A stretch of 64,000 nucleotides of DNA from NCBI RefSeq assembly GCF_030144855.1, contig NC_082738.1, forward strand, positions 43,772,001-43,836,000, in the 5' to 3' direction. The DNA comes from Hypanus sabinus. Its lineage: Eukaryota. The notes under the pieces are model-generated. The model saw nothing but the letters and a program-made list of their open reading frames with translations, was not told where the DNA came from and did not search any database. The translations under genes and the position numbers were made by a program. Shown here piece after piece: positions 25,792 through 40,625 of this stretch (the first letter of the stretch is position 1; each line of letters begins with the position of its first letter).

Positions 25792-26558
25792 CAGTTAGCC
25801 CTCCTTAGCGGCAGATTCCACATGAATGGATTCAACCAACCACCGATTGGGGAAAACCTGTAAGTTCTCTCCCTTGCACTCATTGTTTGAGCATGTACAG
25901 ACTTTTTTCTTGTCATTATTCCATAAACAATACAGTATAACAATTATTTACATAGTATTAGGTATTGTAAGTAATCTAGAAATGAGTTAAAAGTACAGGC
26001 AGTCCCCGGGTTATGAATGAGTTCAATTCCTGAGTCAGACTTTTAAGTTGGATTTGAAGTTGGAAAAGGTACAACCAGTATTATTTAGCATCAGTTAGTC
26101 AAACATTTTTTTGGTATATAGTACATATTTTACCTTTCTATGCATATAACACACTTAAGAAACATACATATTTCAATAATTAAACCATTGCATTGCTTAG
26201 TAAAATTGTAGCTTTCATCGGGGTAGGGCCTTTCACATGCTGCATTAAAATTGTTCCGATCATTGACTGACTGTAGCCTAATGCTTTTCCAATGACCGAT
26301 GATGTTTCACCTCTTTCTGATCAGTTCATTACTTCCACCTGATTTTCAATCGGGATCGTGATTATTTTCGTAAACAGAAACACTGGATTCGGAGGTGCAC
26401 CACGTGGTCCTACTGTCTACTGTACTGAGACATGTTTAAAAAGTCTGGGGGTTTGCTGGGTCCTAAAGACCACTGCACTGAGACAGGTTAAATAAAGGAC
26501 TTGAGTATCCGCGGAGATGTCTCGGAACCAATCCCCCACGGATAAGGAGGGCCGACTG
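25792..26558. mobile_element. Tigger/pogo non-autonomous DNA transposon, MER2-like
   Basis: TA TSDs and TIRs CAGTTAGCCCTCCTTA / TAAGGAGGGCCGACTG. A second Tigger-type end (caggcagtcccc) lies internally at ~25996. Confidence 0.8.
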
Positions 26559-26856
26559 TACTTGGGATTAGTATGCTTACTTGATAGCTGACATGGACAG
26601 GGTGGGCCAAAGGGCTCATTTCTTTGCTGTAGGTCTATGATACCAAAGTCCCAGGGTATCATAATTAAATATTTTACTAAATACTGTTCATGTAAATTTG
26701 CTCTTGAAATGTGCATCATGGATTACACTGGCATTGTACAAGATATTTTCAGAAAAAGTTGATTAAAACTTTTTGGTACTTTTTGCTTTAGGCTAGTTGG
26801 AAAATTAGATACAACCAGAAATTATATTTAAATAAACCAGCTTGTAATTAGAAAAG

Positions 26857-27037
26857 TTAACACAAGGAAATCTGCAGAAGCTGGAAATTCAAGCATCACA
26901 AAATGCTGGTGGAATGCAGGCCAGGCAGCATTTATAGGAAAAAACACTGTTGAAGGGTCTCAGCCCAAAACATCGACAGTGCTTCTTCCTATAGATGCTG
27001 CCTGGCCTGCTGCATTCCACCAGCATTTTGCATGTGT
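26857..27037. mobile_element. Inverted (palindromic) Penelope-like terminal-repeat unit with central hammerhead remnant
   Basis: 12-bp TSD taattagaaaag (26845-26856/27038-27049); ~60-bp inverted arms; central tgaagggtctcagcccaaaacatcgac. Confidence 0.75.
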
Positions 27038-27575
27038 TAATTAGAAAAGCTGCAGCTTTTGATGAACAGTTTAAATGGACTCCACAAAGTCATGGACAAG
27101 GGGAGAGAGAGTCATACAGCACAGAAATCCCTTTGGCCCTTCGAGTCAATGCTGATCAAGTGAATGCCTATTTGAGAATATTTTTCTCCCCTCACCCATT
27201 TATTTCCCCAAATTCTATGTCACCTACCCGCTGTGGGAAATTTACAATGGCCCATCATTCTACCTACTGAGTCACAAGAGGAAGCTGGAGCACCTGGAGA
27301 AAACTCGCAGTCACAGGGACAATATGCAAATTCTATAAAGACAGGAATGGAAAACAGAAGTGGAGCTGGTTTATTGGAGCTTTGAGGCAGCAGTTTACTA
27401 GCTGCATCAATCTCCCATCATGTTACCCTCTTGAACTCATAACAGGGATAATATAGGAAACAGTTATTTTTGGTCAAGACAGCTCATCATTGAAGAGTTT
27501 GAAACTAGTAATACTTACTTTTCTTAAATGTGTAACTAAAAATGAAGGTTATTTATGACCATTTCTTCTGAAATA

Positions 27576-28839
27576 CAGGTATCCTATTTTTCAAACGTTC
27601 ACTTTACGACACCTTACTGTTATGAAAGACCTACATTAGTTACTTGTTTTCACTGTTACAATAAAAGGTAGCACGCACCCGAAGCAGCCAAGCTCCTCCC
27701 CCAGAACTGCATTCTAGCTGGCATTGCTTAAATACATGCCTGTGAGCATCATGTCGATTTATTTTGTGCATCCGTTAGCAAGGGGAGTTCTAAGGTATTG
27801 GAAAAGCCTAAAGAGTGTGTAAGGGTGTTACACTTAGTGTAAAACTAGACATAATTAAGTGTTTCGATCGTGGTGAATGAAGTCAGGACAGTGAGTTTGG
27901 CTAAGGAGGTTGGGTTTGTGGAAGTTGACTAAGATGATGTTGAAGTGGTTTTGGCATCCCATGACGAAGAACTGACAGATGAAGAGCTGATAGAGGACAT
28001 GATAACAATTGAAACAGAATGCAGTAGCAAACGGCCCAAAAGGGAAGTCGTCCAGGAACTGAACGTGAAGCAATTGCGAGATTTTCGCTGCGATGATTGC
28101 AGAAAAGTATGACTTTAATTTTGAAAGGGTACATAGGTTTAGGGCATATTTGTAGGATGGTTTGAGTGCTTACAAAGAACTGTATGATACAAAAAATGCG
28201 CGAGGCTAAGCAATCAAGCATACTGTCGTTTTTCAAGCCTTCCACAGCAGACAATGAACCTCAACCTTCAACATTTAAGCAGGCAGACATAGAAGATGAC
28301 CTGCTGGCACTGATGGAAACAGATGACAATGAGATGACACCCCAACCACTGACAACTCAGCCTAACACACCATCATTAGTGTGCTCACTGTCTTTCTGAT
28401 TCCAGTAAGTGAAACTACACTGTACATACATTATTTCTACTTTATATAGGCTGTTTATTTTGGCAGCTTCATGGCTTAAAGGATACTGGTAAGAGTGCTT
28501 CTGCCAAGAGCGTTTGCGCCAAGTGTTTTTTTTACTGCGAGTGCTGCCGAGAGCGCTTTGAGATTTTCGCTATGGTGGACAGCGCTGCAATGATTGCAGA
28601 AAAGTATTCCTACTTTATATAAGCTGTGTATTTATCAGATCATTCCTGCTTTTACTTTGTTACTGTTATTTTAGGTTTTGTGTTATTTGGCATGATTTAG
28701 GAGGTTACTTTTTGGGTCTGCGAACGCTCACAAGTTTTCCCCATATAAATGAATGGTAATTGCTTTTTCACTTTATGACATTCCAGCTTACGAACCATTT
28801 CCTGGGAACGCTCTACCTTTGAATAGCAGGGGAAACTTG
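27576..28839 (+). mobile_element. Internally deleted Tigger/pogo DNA transposon
   Basis: TA-CAGGTATCC...GGAAACTTG-TA ends; N-terminal HTH remnant (TLSVKLDIIKCFDRGE ~27830-27878) and C-terminal remnant (KQSSILSFFKP). Confidence 0.7.
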
Positions 28840-28917
28840 TACTGGATAACCATAGCAGGAAAAAGCCAAATACAAATATATGTAATAAATCCAGAAAAAA
28901 TTTGTTTATGGGTACAT

Positions 28918-28923
28918 TTTATT
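28918..28923 (-). terminator. Candidate BECN1 polyadenylation signal (AATAAA)
   Basis: tgtAATAAAa on - strand followed by U-rich sequence, at the end of a ~2-kb stretch after the stop codon with no recognisable repeats. Confidence 0.5.
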
Positions 28924-30981
28924 ACAGAAAGTGAACTTTCATCATTGTATTACAGTGCACTAAGATACAGTAATACATTGCACCTATCCAGTTTATATTG
29001 TGAACATTTACACAAAGCTGCAGTTTCAAAGCTGAAAATTCAGCAACATAAAGGCTGCAAAGGTTATGCAAAGTTCAAGCTTTTTACATAAAACAGCTGC
29101 TTCTCCATTTTGTAAACTAATGCTTACTGAAGCACAAAAGTACATGACTATAGCTGCTAGCATTTAAAGAATATAAAGCTTGCCAAAGACATCAATTCTC
29201 AGCTCTTGAATTTTTCATCTTACATGTTATATCACTTTATGGGAGAAACATCTTATTGTAGTTCACATCCTTAACAAAAAAAACTTGTCACTTTAAATTA
29301 TGAATGTGTCTATATTAAATTGTCTGTTTTACCAGATCAGTCTTTAGATGGTATGGAGCTGTAGATTTTAGTCATATATGGATATATCCAACATCCTAAC
29401 AGCAGTATTCTCAATTCCTCAAATCTCCAGTCCATTTATACGGACATTAGATAGACATAGAAACAGCTGGGCCATTAACAGATTTGGAAATCAATTCACT
29501 GCAAGTAAAAGATTAAATGAAATGTATTGTAGAGCTGAAACTATACTCAATATATTCAAAATGTAAGGATATTAATTGCAAAAGTTTCAATCGAAATTTT
29601 GTAAAGGCATGTTACAATATGGAAATTCATACTTAATTTCTTAAATCTGTCAACTTTAAGATGTTTTTCTATGACACCTTATACAAAAAGGAGCCATTTA
29701 CACCATTTCAAATGGAACACCAGGTTATGCATGGATAAGTAAACAAGCCTTTACTCAGAAATAATTATTTTGACAGAAGCTTAATATATTCTTAAACTAT
29801 AAAACCACTGCTATCTTACAGTATTCCACTGCAGAATAGATTATGGAATTTATGCAATGATTACATTGTAAATTTAATCTTTTAGTGTGGATGTCATCAT
29901 GCCTCAACTGATTAATGGATCCTGCCCAGTCAGCCATGACATCAGTGTATGTTCTACAACCAGCAGCACAACACACTAAACTTAATTTGTTATAAATAAA
30001 ACTATAATATATACACATAATTACTAAAGAGAAAGTGTGAGGTGGTAGTTGTAACAGAACCAATCTCACTTATTGTTCAGACAACCTTATTTTTGTGTTT
30101 AATGGCTTTTCCCAAACTCTTTATACTCTCTTGTAATTATTCCAACCCATGATGTAACAAAGCAATATGTCCAGTTGAGTGATAGCTTCCAAGAGCCTAA
30201 CATTTTTCATTTTTAATGACTCAACATTAAAGCATACATGATTTATGAAATTAATCAAATCAATCCAACATAATCTAAACACCATACCACAAAAAGTGGG
30301 TTGGCACAGAAAAGCTTTTGTATTAGTCCTCAATGTTTTTATACCATCCTACTGATTTATCAAAAGACAAAGTTATTTCCAATCATTTCATATGCATATA
30401 GAAGACTATTACATTTGTGCAGCACATGTTAATTCAGTATATAATGCCCTAAAGATCTAGCTGTACATTTCACCAACAAAGCAAATTATTTTGACCCTAC
30501 CCTATTTCTGTGCTTTTAAAAAAAAAAGTGATTTTAATGTTGTCTCAGCATTAAGTAATCTCAGGAAGGGTGCAGAGAAGAGGTCTCCACTCTGATGGTA
30601 TGCCTGCATCGGAATTAAAAAAAACCCTACCCCAGCAGGTGATATTCTTTTGTTTTAATGTCTCACACCACTCACCCTGTGGCCAGTAATGAGAGAACTG
30701 GGTACAGCTTTGGGATGCAGCCTCAGGCTTATTTAACTACACTAAAAGTAACTAAATTTCATACAAATAGCCAACAGTTTCAACTATCTAATTTGGAACA
30801 GTGTCCATAGATGAAAGACAAACCCACTGTGCTAGCCAGTTCTCCAATTTCTCCCCACATTTGATGATGTGGATGATTCCTCTAGGAAAGCATATAGCTT
30901 TCTACAAGCAAAAATGACAGCTAAATTAAGAAACAATATTCAGCAAAACCATTGCAGATTCAAGAAGGAAATAGTGTGCAA

Positions 30982-31221
<240 letters not shown>

Positions 31222-31247
31222 TCACTAGACTGAGCTCATTTCAGTCA

Positions 31248-32290
31248 TAAGAACACAAGAAATAGGAGCAGGAGTAGGCCATCTGGCTTGTTGAGGCTGC
31301 TCCACCATTCAATAAGATCATGGCTGATCTGACCATGGACTCATCTCCACCTCTCTGCCTTTTCCCCCATAACCCTTAATTCTTCTACTATGCAAAAATC
31401 TATCCAGCCTCTTAAATATATTTACTGAGGTAGCCTCCACTGCTTCATTGGGCAGAGAATTCCACAGATTTGCCACTCTTTGGAAAAATAAGTTCCTCCT
31501 CATCAGTCCTAAATTTACTCCCCTGAATCTTGAGGCTACGTCCCCTAGTTCTTGTCTCACCTACCAGTGGAAACAAAACTTTGCTGCCTTTCTTACCTAT
31601 CCCTTTCATAATTTTATAGTTTTCTATAAGATCTCCTCTCATCCTTCTGAATTCCAGCTAGTACAGTCCTAGGCGACAATCTCCCCTCAGTCTAACCCCC
31701 TCACCTCTGGAATCAACTTGAACTTCCACTGCACCGCCTCCAAAACCAGAACTGCACACAGTACTCCAGGTGTGGCCTCACCAGTACCCTATACAGTTGC
31801 AGCATAACTTCCCTGCTCTTAAATTCAATCCCTCTAGCAATGAAGGCCAGCATTCCATTTGCCTTCTTGATAGCCTGCTGAAACTGCAGAACAACCTTTG
31901 CGATTTATGCACAAGCACTCCCAAGTCCTGCACAGCAGCATGCTGCAATCTTTTACCATTTCAGTTATCCAATTTCCCTTCTAAAGTAGATAGCTTGCAT
32001 TTACCAACATTGTACTCCATCTACCAGGCCATTACACTCACTTACCTTTCTATATCTCTCTGCAGACTCTTTGTATCCTCGGCACAATTAGCTTTTCCAC
32101 TCAATTTGGTGTCATCAGCAAACTTGGATCCACTACATACAGACCCCTCTTCCAGATAGTTAATGTATACCATGAACAATTGCAGGCCCCACACCAACTC
32201 TTGTGGCACACTGCTCACCACTGATTGCCAACCAGAGAAACATCCATGTATCCCAAATCTGCTTTGTATTCATTAACCAATTCTCTATCC
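31248..32290 (-). mobile_element. CR1-clade LINE 3' fragment in BECN1 intron 11
   Basis: RGDLIENYKIMKG and FFQRVANLWNSLP remnants; ttcttatg-type tail. Confidence 0.8.
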
Positions 32291-32369
32291 ATGATAATGA
32301 GAAAGTCATTACTTCTCTCAGGTGTAGTGAATTAATCATAGTACAAGATGCTCTGCAAATGTATTAATT

Positions 32370-33972
32370 TTCCTCCTTGTGAAATGATTTACTTTGGAAG
32401 GTCAAATTTGACAGCAGAATACAGGTTTAATAGGATATGAAGCATTGTGCAGGAGCAGAGGGATCTTGGGGTTCACATCCATAGATCCCTCAAAAGTTGC
32501 TGCACAAGTTGGTAGGGTTGTTCAGTTGCATGGTGTGTTGGATTGAGTTCAAGAGCCACCCAATTCTATAAAACCCTGGTTCGATAACACTTGGAATATT
32601 ATATTAAATTTTGGTTGCCTTATTATAGTAATTTAGAACAGAACAGCACAGGAACAGGCCCTTTGGCCCACAATGTTGTGCCGAACCAATTAGTAATCAA
32701 ATGGCCATCTAAACTAATCTCTTCTGCCTATATAATGGCCATTCCTCACATTCATGTGCATCCAAATGTCTCTTAAAAGTCTCTAATAGTTTTACCTCTA
32801 TCACCACCCCAGGCAACACATTCTAGACACCCACCAACTCTTAAAAAATTTGCCCCTCACATCTCGTTTGAAATTACCCCCCTGTATCCAGAGATACCGG
32901 CCACGTGACGGACGCACTGCCACCTGGCTGGTCGGAGGACACACCACATGCCAATCAACATTTGGTCCCTCCCAACTAATCAATGCACACCTAAATTATT
33001 GGTCACCTTAATTGGATTATCTCGCCCAGCCCCATGCTATGAAAGGTGAGACTTGTGCCTGGCTCGGTCTCTCTTACAGACCACCTCATTGATGGTAAGT
33101 GCATTGGTTTATGTTTGGGAAGGTCTATCGTTTGTCCTGGTAAGGGAGCCGCAGCTATCCAAGGTCAAGGGGGATAGCTGTCGTAGTGCTTTTCCCTTGT
33201 TCTTTGTATCTGTAACTGTACCCTGTCCCCACACCGCTTCCTGTGTATTGTAGTTGCTTGTGTTGACCCAACTTCCCCTTGTAAATAAATCTTATTATTA
33301 AAACTGTGTGTGTCCAGGCCTCTACCGTTGAGACTCAAAGAGCCAGTTATTTTCCATCACAACACCCCCCCCCCCCCCACCTGAAATGCATGCCTCTAGT
33401 ATTAGACATTTCAACCCTGGGAAAGAGATACTGTCTGTCCACTGTACCCATGCTTTTCAATCTTATAAACTTCTATCAGATCACTCCTCCGCCTCTGCCG
33501 CTTCAGAGAAAATAACGCAAGTTGCGGTAGCTTTGGCAAGGGTACAAACGAGATTTACCAGGATGCTGCCTAAATTAGAGGACATGCCTTATGAAGGTAG
33601 ATTGAGCAAGCTCGGGCTTTTCTCATAGGAGCAAAGGAGGATGAGAGGCGACTTGATAGAGATGTACAGGATAAGTGTACAAGATAAAGAGGCATAGATT
33701 GAGTGGGTAGAGACCTTTTCCTCAGGGCAGAAATAGCTAATGAGGGGTCATAATTTTAAGGTGAATAGAGGTAAGTGGTGAGTGTGTGAAATGCCCTGCT
33801 GGGGTGGTAGTTGAGGTAGCTACATTAGGGCCATACAAGAACCTCTTAAGTAGGCACATGAATGATAGAAAATGGAGGGCTATATAAGAGGGAAGGGTTA
33901 GAATGAGTAGACTAAAAGGTCAACACAATATTGTCGGCCGAAAGGCCTATACTATGCTGTAATGTTCTATGA
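32370..33972 (+). mobile_element. CR1 fragment containing a nested reverse CR1 fragment (~32630-33520)
   Basis: EYYIKFWLPYY and RFTRMLPKLEDMPYEGRLSKLGLFS remnants; ttctatg tail at ~33970. Confidence 0.65.
32883..33364 (+). mobile_element. Solo LTR (family C)
   Basis: TGTA...AACA ends inserted in a C-run (cccc TSD); AATAAA at 33284; interrupts the reverse CR1 fragment. Confidence 0.7.
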
Positions 33973-34648
33973 CTTATGGGTAACAAGGATGACAAAACCC
34001 TTAATGGCCAACATATTGGTCATTAACTGTAGCTATAAAACTGCATCCATGCATTTATACAAAATCTATTAAGCATTTTAACTGAGGTTTTTAAATCATC
34101 CTCATTTGACTTCATTTCATACACTCAAGAACTAATTGCATTGTAGCAAGCATAATGTTTATATATTGAAACATATGCAGAGTTCATAAGAACTGCAGAC
34201 AAACTGACATTTTTGATTCTTCATACTTAAAAAAAAGCATGCTGATTTTTGACTACAAGTACCCTAATACAGTCACAATACAAGGAGGATTACAAAAATC
34301 AATCGTAATGGAAACCAAAATATCTCTTACAGGAAATTACTTGGAATCAGTAGATTGTGTTTTCGTTACCTTGGGGATGAAAGTGTTTTTGGAAATGGAT
34401 TATGCTGCAGTGTGCATTAAATTCAAGAAGAAAGCATCTGACTCATTATGCAACACAGGGCTTTGTTTCTGTTCTGTGTGTTGTCACTCCCAGGTGACAA
34501 CATCCAGAACAAAAGGAGAAACATAACACACACTTATTGAACACTGGTTCCTATTTTGTTTTCTAAATCGGTAAATTTAATGAAGGCACACTTTGCTACT
34601 GATAAAGCCATTTGAATGGAAGTTTTACATGATTTTTGACTAGAATTA

Positions 34649-34819
<171 letters not shown>

Positions 34820-35027
34820 CTAAAACAGAAAATTAAATTCTAGGTACAACACTAAAAAGAAATTCTTTGCTCCCTCCGCCCACTCACCCACTGCCAAGGA
34901 GTACTTTGCTTGATTTCTTCTGTACTTAATGATTAAACACTCTGTTCTTCTATTACTGGAATTATTATCAACCAAGAATGAGGAAAGTACAGAAGGGGAC
35001 TGAGGATTTCACTTTCCATTAAGTAAC

Positions 35028-35312
35028 AAAGGCCATCCCCAGATTACAGACATCCGTACATACAGGCAAGCTGTCATAATGTTTTTCAATTCAAAAGTCT
35101 GACATCAGTTTGCTCCTACAAAGGACAGAACTAGTTTCCCTCCTTCACTTCTGTCAATTGTTTGTTCTCATCAGTATTGTATGCTTTTGGTGCCAATCAT
35201 TACAGTACCATGAAGGTTTTCTTAAAGTGATTTTTGTGCATTTTCTAACTTACGGATCACAATAACTTAAAGGCATCTGAAAGTAGAACCCTTTCACTCC
35301 TAGAGACAGCCT
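35028..35312. mobile_element. Degraded Tigger-type MITE
   Basis: Imperfect ends aggccatcccc...gagacagcct; similar in style to 39945-40164. Confidence 0.4.
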
Positions 35313-36010
35313 ATAAGTGATCTCTCTTTAGTTCCTCCCCAAATGACACTGCTGAACTGGAAAGATTGTGGGATAAGAAAATGCAAACTTGCATCCATCA
35401 CTCCATTAGACTCGTGTATAAACTTTGCATCTAGCTACCATAATCTTATTTCTGATCATTTACCAAAGTGTATCATATAAGCCAATGCTTGCAATACCCT
35501 TTTCTGTGAAAATAGCTAATTATCCATTTATAACCAGCAAAAATGATGACATGAAGAAAGACCAATAATGGGAGTCAAATGTTTCCAATTGTAACAGTTA
35601 CATCACATGCTAAAACGTCTCGTCACTCACACATACACATGCAGTCAGCTTAATTGCAAGACATAAAATCATTCTAATGAAATTAAATTAGTGCTTCAGA
35701 CATTGACCCCAAATGAGGTATGAGATGTTCCCAAATTCATTTAATTTATAGTCATGTTAGTATCATGTTGACAGTGGACTTTAACTCTTTTCTCAAGAGA
35801 AAGTATCTAACCCATTATTTTAAAGCAGTAACATTTGAAACCTGGTTACTTTTCAAAACTTACAATTTTTTGAAAATTATTTCTCTTTAAGCACATCATT
35901 CTATTTTCAGATTACAACCTTTAAATCGGGTTTATTAGCAGAAAACAAAAATATGGTCAAAGTAATTTTCGTTAACTCAGCAAGGATTATTTTACTACCA
36001 AGATACAGAC

Positions 36011-36071
36011 CTTGGTTCTGTCTGTAAGTGATTCCAGGTATGAATGATTGCCATAAGGAACTAGGCGATAC
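36011..36071 (-). CDS. BECN1: BECN1 exon 10
   Basis: [20 protein letters not shown]; tag/gtct sites. Confidence 0.96.
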
Positions 36072-36744
36072 CTACAAAATAGAAACACCTAATAAATAAA
36101 AAAGGTTTGTACACTTTTTTTTAAGAAATTGCATTTTCAGACAAGTTCCATACAATTTTATAGTAAACTGTTATGTTCCTTGCAGTCAATCTTCTAAGAA
36201 AACTCTCGACATCAAAAAGTATCACCAACACTTTCTTGCTTCTCTGATAGAGCATACAATGTGCGGGGGGGGGGGGGGGGGGGAATGTCATCAATTGTTA
36301 ATAGCAATTTTCCAAAGTACAATGATGAGATAGCTGACAGCAAGCCCTGTTGGAATAACTGAATATGAAGAAAAATCTGCAAAGCCAATACAACCTAGTA
36401 CTGTCTCAACTTTAAAATGCATGGCTCTTAATGATTATATTCCTATTTTGGGCCTTTTGTTTTCCAAACCCGTGAACATGGACTGAACAATATATAGGGT
36501 ACTCAGAGCTCATGTATTGATGTTCACTAAAGGTTTACAAATCCAAGAAGCACCATCTCTGCCAATTTTTTACCAGTCACATTCAGAACAGGAGCTGCTA
36601 ATTAGGTTCTAGTTGAGGACAAACTAGAAAAGGAATGTCCTCACCAAGAACTGTCCTGCATCAGCTCCATTAGGTAAAAATTTTAGTTGAAATAGAATGC
36701 AGTACTAGACCTGGCTTTGGCTAACTCTTTCTTATTCATGCAGT

Positions 36745-37395
36745 TCATATCAGAAATAAGCAGTGCAAAGAGGGGGAAAAAGAAAGTAGTGAGGCAGTGT
36801 TCATGGGTTCAATGTGCATTCAGAAATCTGATGGCAGAGAGGAAGAAGCGATTCCAGTATTGTTGAAATGTGTGCCTTCTGTATCTCCTCCCTGATCGTA
36901 GCAATGAGAGGGGCATGTCCTAGGTGATGGAGGTCCTTAATGATGGATGCAGCCTTTTTGAGATATTGCTCCTTGAAGATGCTGGGAAGGCTAGTGGCCA
37001 TGATTGAGTTAATTGAGTTTACAACTTTCTGCAGCTTATTTCGATCCTGTGCAGTGACCACCCCCCCCCGGTACCAGACTGTGATGCAACCAGTTAGAAT
37101 ACTCTCCCACAATACATCTGTAGAAAGTTGCAGGCATCTTAGGTGACATCTCAGATCTCCCCAAACTTGAAATATATCTGCAACCCATTGCCTATCATTG
37201 TGGTACAACTATGTAATACATGGAAAAAGAGGGAAAAAAAAGTAGTGAGGTAATGCTCATGGGTTCAATGTGCATTCAGAAATCTAATGGCAGAGAGGAA
37301 GAAGCTATTCTGAATCATTGAATTTGTGCCTTAAGGCTTCTGTACCTCCTCCCCTATCGTACCAATGAGAGGAGGGCATGTCCTAAGTGATGAAT
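36745..37395 (-). mobile_element. Rex1/Babar-like LINE 3' fragments, 3' part present twice
   Basis: ESILTGCITVWY...LQKVVNS remnant; 36770-36935 is repeated at 37225-37393. Confidence 0.65.
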
Positions 37396-37552
37396 ATATA
37401 TTTATATTGTGTTAATGTATGCTGAAGGAAATACTCTTTCCCTAAAATTTCTTCCTTCTATTTGAAATTATTAAAACACAGACAATTTTGTCCTTACTTC
37501 TGTAATGAATTGCTCATCTAGCTTTTAAGGTTCTTATCATTTAGAGTACTTA

Positions 37553-37795
<243 letters not shown>

Positions 37796-39565
37796 TCATC
37801 AAAATAAAAATGCACAAACAATACAAGGCAAATCACACAAAATGCTGGAGGAACTCAGCAAGTCAGGCAATGTCTTTGGAGGGGAATGAACAGTCTATTT
37901 CAGGTCACAACTACAAGATTCAGGTGTGACAAATAGTTTTCAATCTGGTCTGTTATAACTTAGCTAGTGAAGCTCAAGATTTAACTTTGGTAAATGAACA
38001 TAACTAAAGATGTGATATGCATACAATGAAAATGTTAATTATAATGTCCTTTCTAATATCACATCAAACTTACACACAAAATTAGCAACAACAACTTAAA
38101 AAGTGACACATTCCCTGTACCTTTCACACAGGGAATCAGAATCAACCAAGTGTCGTGGGCAAAGAGCAATTTGATAATGGACTGGATGAAGTTTACAAAG
38201 AGTTTTATGTGTTATCAGTGTAATGTTCAATGAGGATTGTAGGTCTGGCGAGTGATACAGAAAGCACTCTCTGTGAATAAGTATATTAATCATTTATTTA
38301 TAAACATAAAAATTCGAACATTCATGTTCCCCAAGTTACAGAAACTACAAAGCTGAATAATCAACATACGTACATTCAACAAACATACTTAAGTTAAAAG
38401 TGCATGCAGAGCACACCTTCCCAATGGTCTTGTCTTAAACAAAGGAAGAAGAGAGCAAACCCCTTCCACGTGCTAGTTTATAAATCCAGAATACTTGAAA
38501 CTGGACACCAATGGTAAAAGCAGCTGCATCTTCTAAACTAATCAGAACAGAAGCTGCTTTTGACAACAATAAGGCATGTCCCCACAGGACAGTTAGAAGG
38601 GACAGTATTTTTTTTTATATATATATGTATATATAAATATCAGAATAAACTTCATAATAAAAACATTTACAAGAATAAAACATGCAATGCCTTTTCATTC
38701 ATTACATTCATAATCAATGCTTTCAGTACTCTTGAGAACCCACATTTAACACAAAGCAATGACTGTAATGACTAAGACCAAGAAAGAAAGACAGTAAATT
38801 TAAATACAAACATGTAAATTGCTGAGGATGAGTCAAGTGGTAGAGACTATGGGCTACAGTTGAAACTCCTTACTGTACTGTCTTGAATATTCCAATGCTA
38901 ACAATCCCTTAGAAAAAACTCCTGCATATTTACAAAAAGAAAAAATATTCTTGCACATTTATAATCCTGGAACAAATCCTACACCCAGAGGTCACATCGT
39001 ATTGTTACGATGGCTGTTGTAGATCCCACTTCTTATTTATTATTATTCAGAGATACAACACAGTAACTGGCCCTTCCAGCCCATTGAACCCGCACCACTA
39101 GTTACACCCGCATGAGCAATTAAGTGGGGTTAGGCCAGTATAAATTGTTCACATTTTTATTTTTGTAAGCATTGTTGTATAGCAGGGAAAAACAAACCTC
39201 AGTTTACTTAATTCCAAACCCATCCTCACTAATTAAAAATGGAAACCCACTTTGTTTACATTTCAAAAACATTACCCCCTATGTTCCATGGTTTCTGAAT
39301 AAGCTTTCAGTGAATACAAAACAACAGGTATAAGAATCCAGAAGCAAGACAGCAATGAGAATAAATTTACATCCTGTCACAGCATTAATAACTGCTTCTT
39401 AGGTGACACCAGTCCATCATTATAGACTTATTAGCATCTCAAATTTAAATCATTAATTGATTAGAACATCACCTTAACATGTTCATTAACACAAAAATCC
39501 ACTGATGACAACAACAACAATAAAAGCTGATCAGTTTAATACAGATACAAGGTGACTGGTTCTCA

Positions 39566-39775
<210 letters not shown>

Positions 39776-39944
39776 TTACACAAGTTACAGATATACGAAA
39801 ACAAAAACCTTAGTGTAACAAAGTTTACTGAAGGGGTGCCAAAAAAAAAATTTGCACTAATTTTTTTTTAGAAACAGCAGGAACCAATAGATGTAAATCA
39901 GCAAAGTAAATGCTGGAGCAGGTTCATTCTTCTGAATTCTCATT

Positions 39945-40164
39945 CAGGCAATCCCCAGGTTATGTCAGGGTTCCATTCCTGTAAACTGTTTGTAACTCAG
40001 ATAGTTCACAAGTCAGAAGTGCGACCGTATACCGAATTCCCAGGTAGCAGAAGATGCTTGCAGCCCTGCAGCAGTAGGCAAATCCATACCACTGGTCTCC
40101 TAACAGCTTGCTCACATGTATGGTCGCTACACAAGTCGGGTGTTCATAAGGTGGGGAGGATCTG
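39945..40164. mobile_element. Tigger-type MITE
   Basis: Imperfect TIRs caggcaatccccaggttatg / cataaggtggggaggatctg. Confidence 0.5.
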
Positions 40165-40404
40165 TGTTTTTAATTTACAACTCATAATTTTGTTCTGAAA
40201 TGCAGATAAGTTTCTGGCTTACAGGAAAAGGAGAACTGAAATAAAATTCTGAACTGCTTCAAAATTTATATAACATGACAAAAGTAGCATTCAATATCCT
40301 TAAGCCTTTCTTCTTCACCAAGTCCATTGTTGGCTCCATCTGCACTAGTATTAATGAGAAATATGTCATTCATTTAAATTACCATCAATTTATTGAACAA
40401 TTTT

Positions 40405-40625
40405 TTTAAACTCAGAGATACAACATGGTAACAAGTCCTGCTGGCTCAATGAGCCTATGCCACCAGTTAACCTACAAACTCGTATGTCTTTGGAATGTGG
40501 GAGGGAACTGGAGCATCTAAAGGAAACCATGTGATCACACGGAGAACGTACGTAGACCTGTGTGGAATTAAATGTGGGTTGCTGGTGCTGGAAAATTGTT
40601 AAACTAACCACGACACTGCCATGCC
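40405..40625 (-). mobile_element. V-domain SINE
   Basis: Reverse-complement homology to 11985-12224. Confidence 0.65.
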
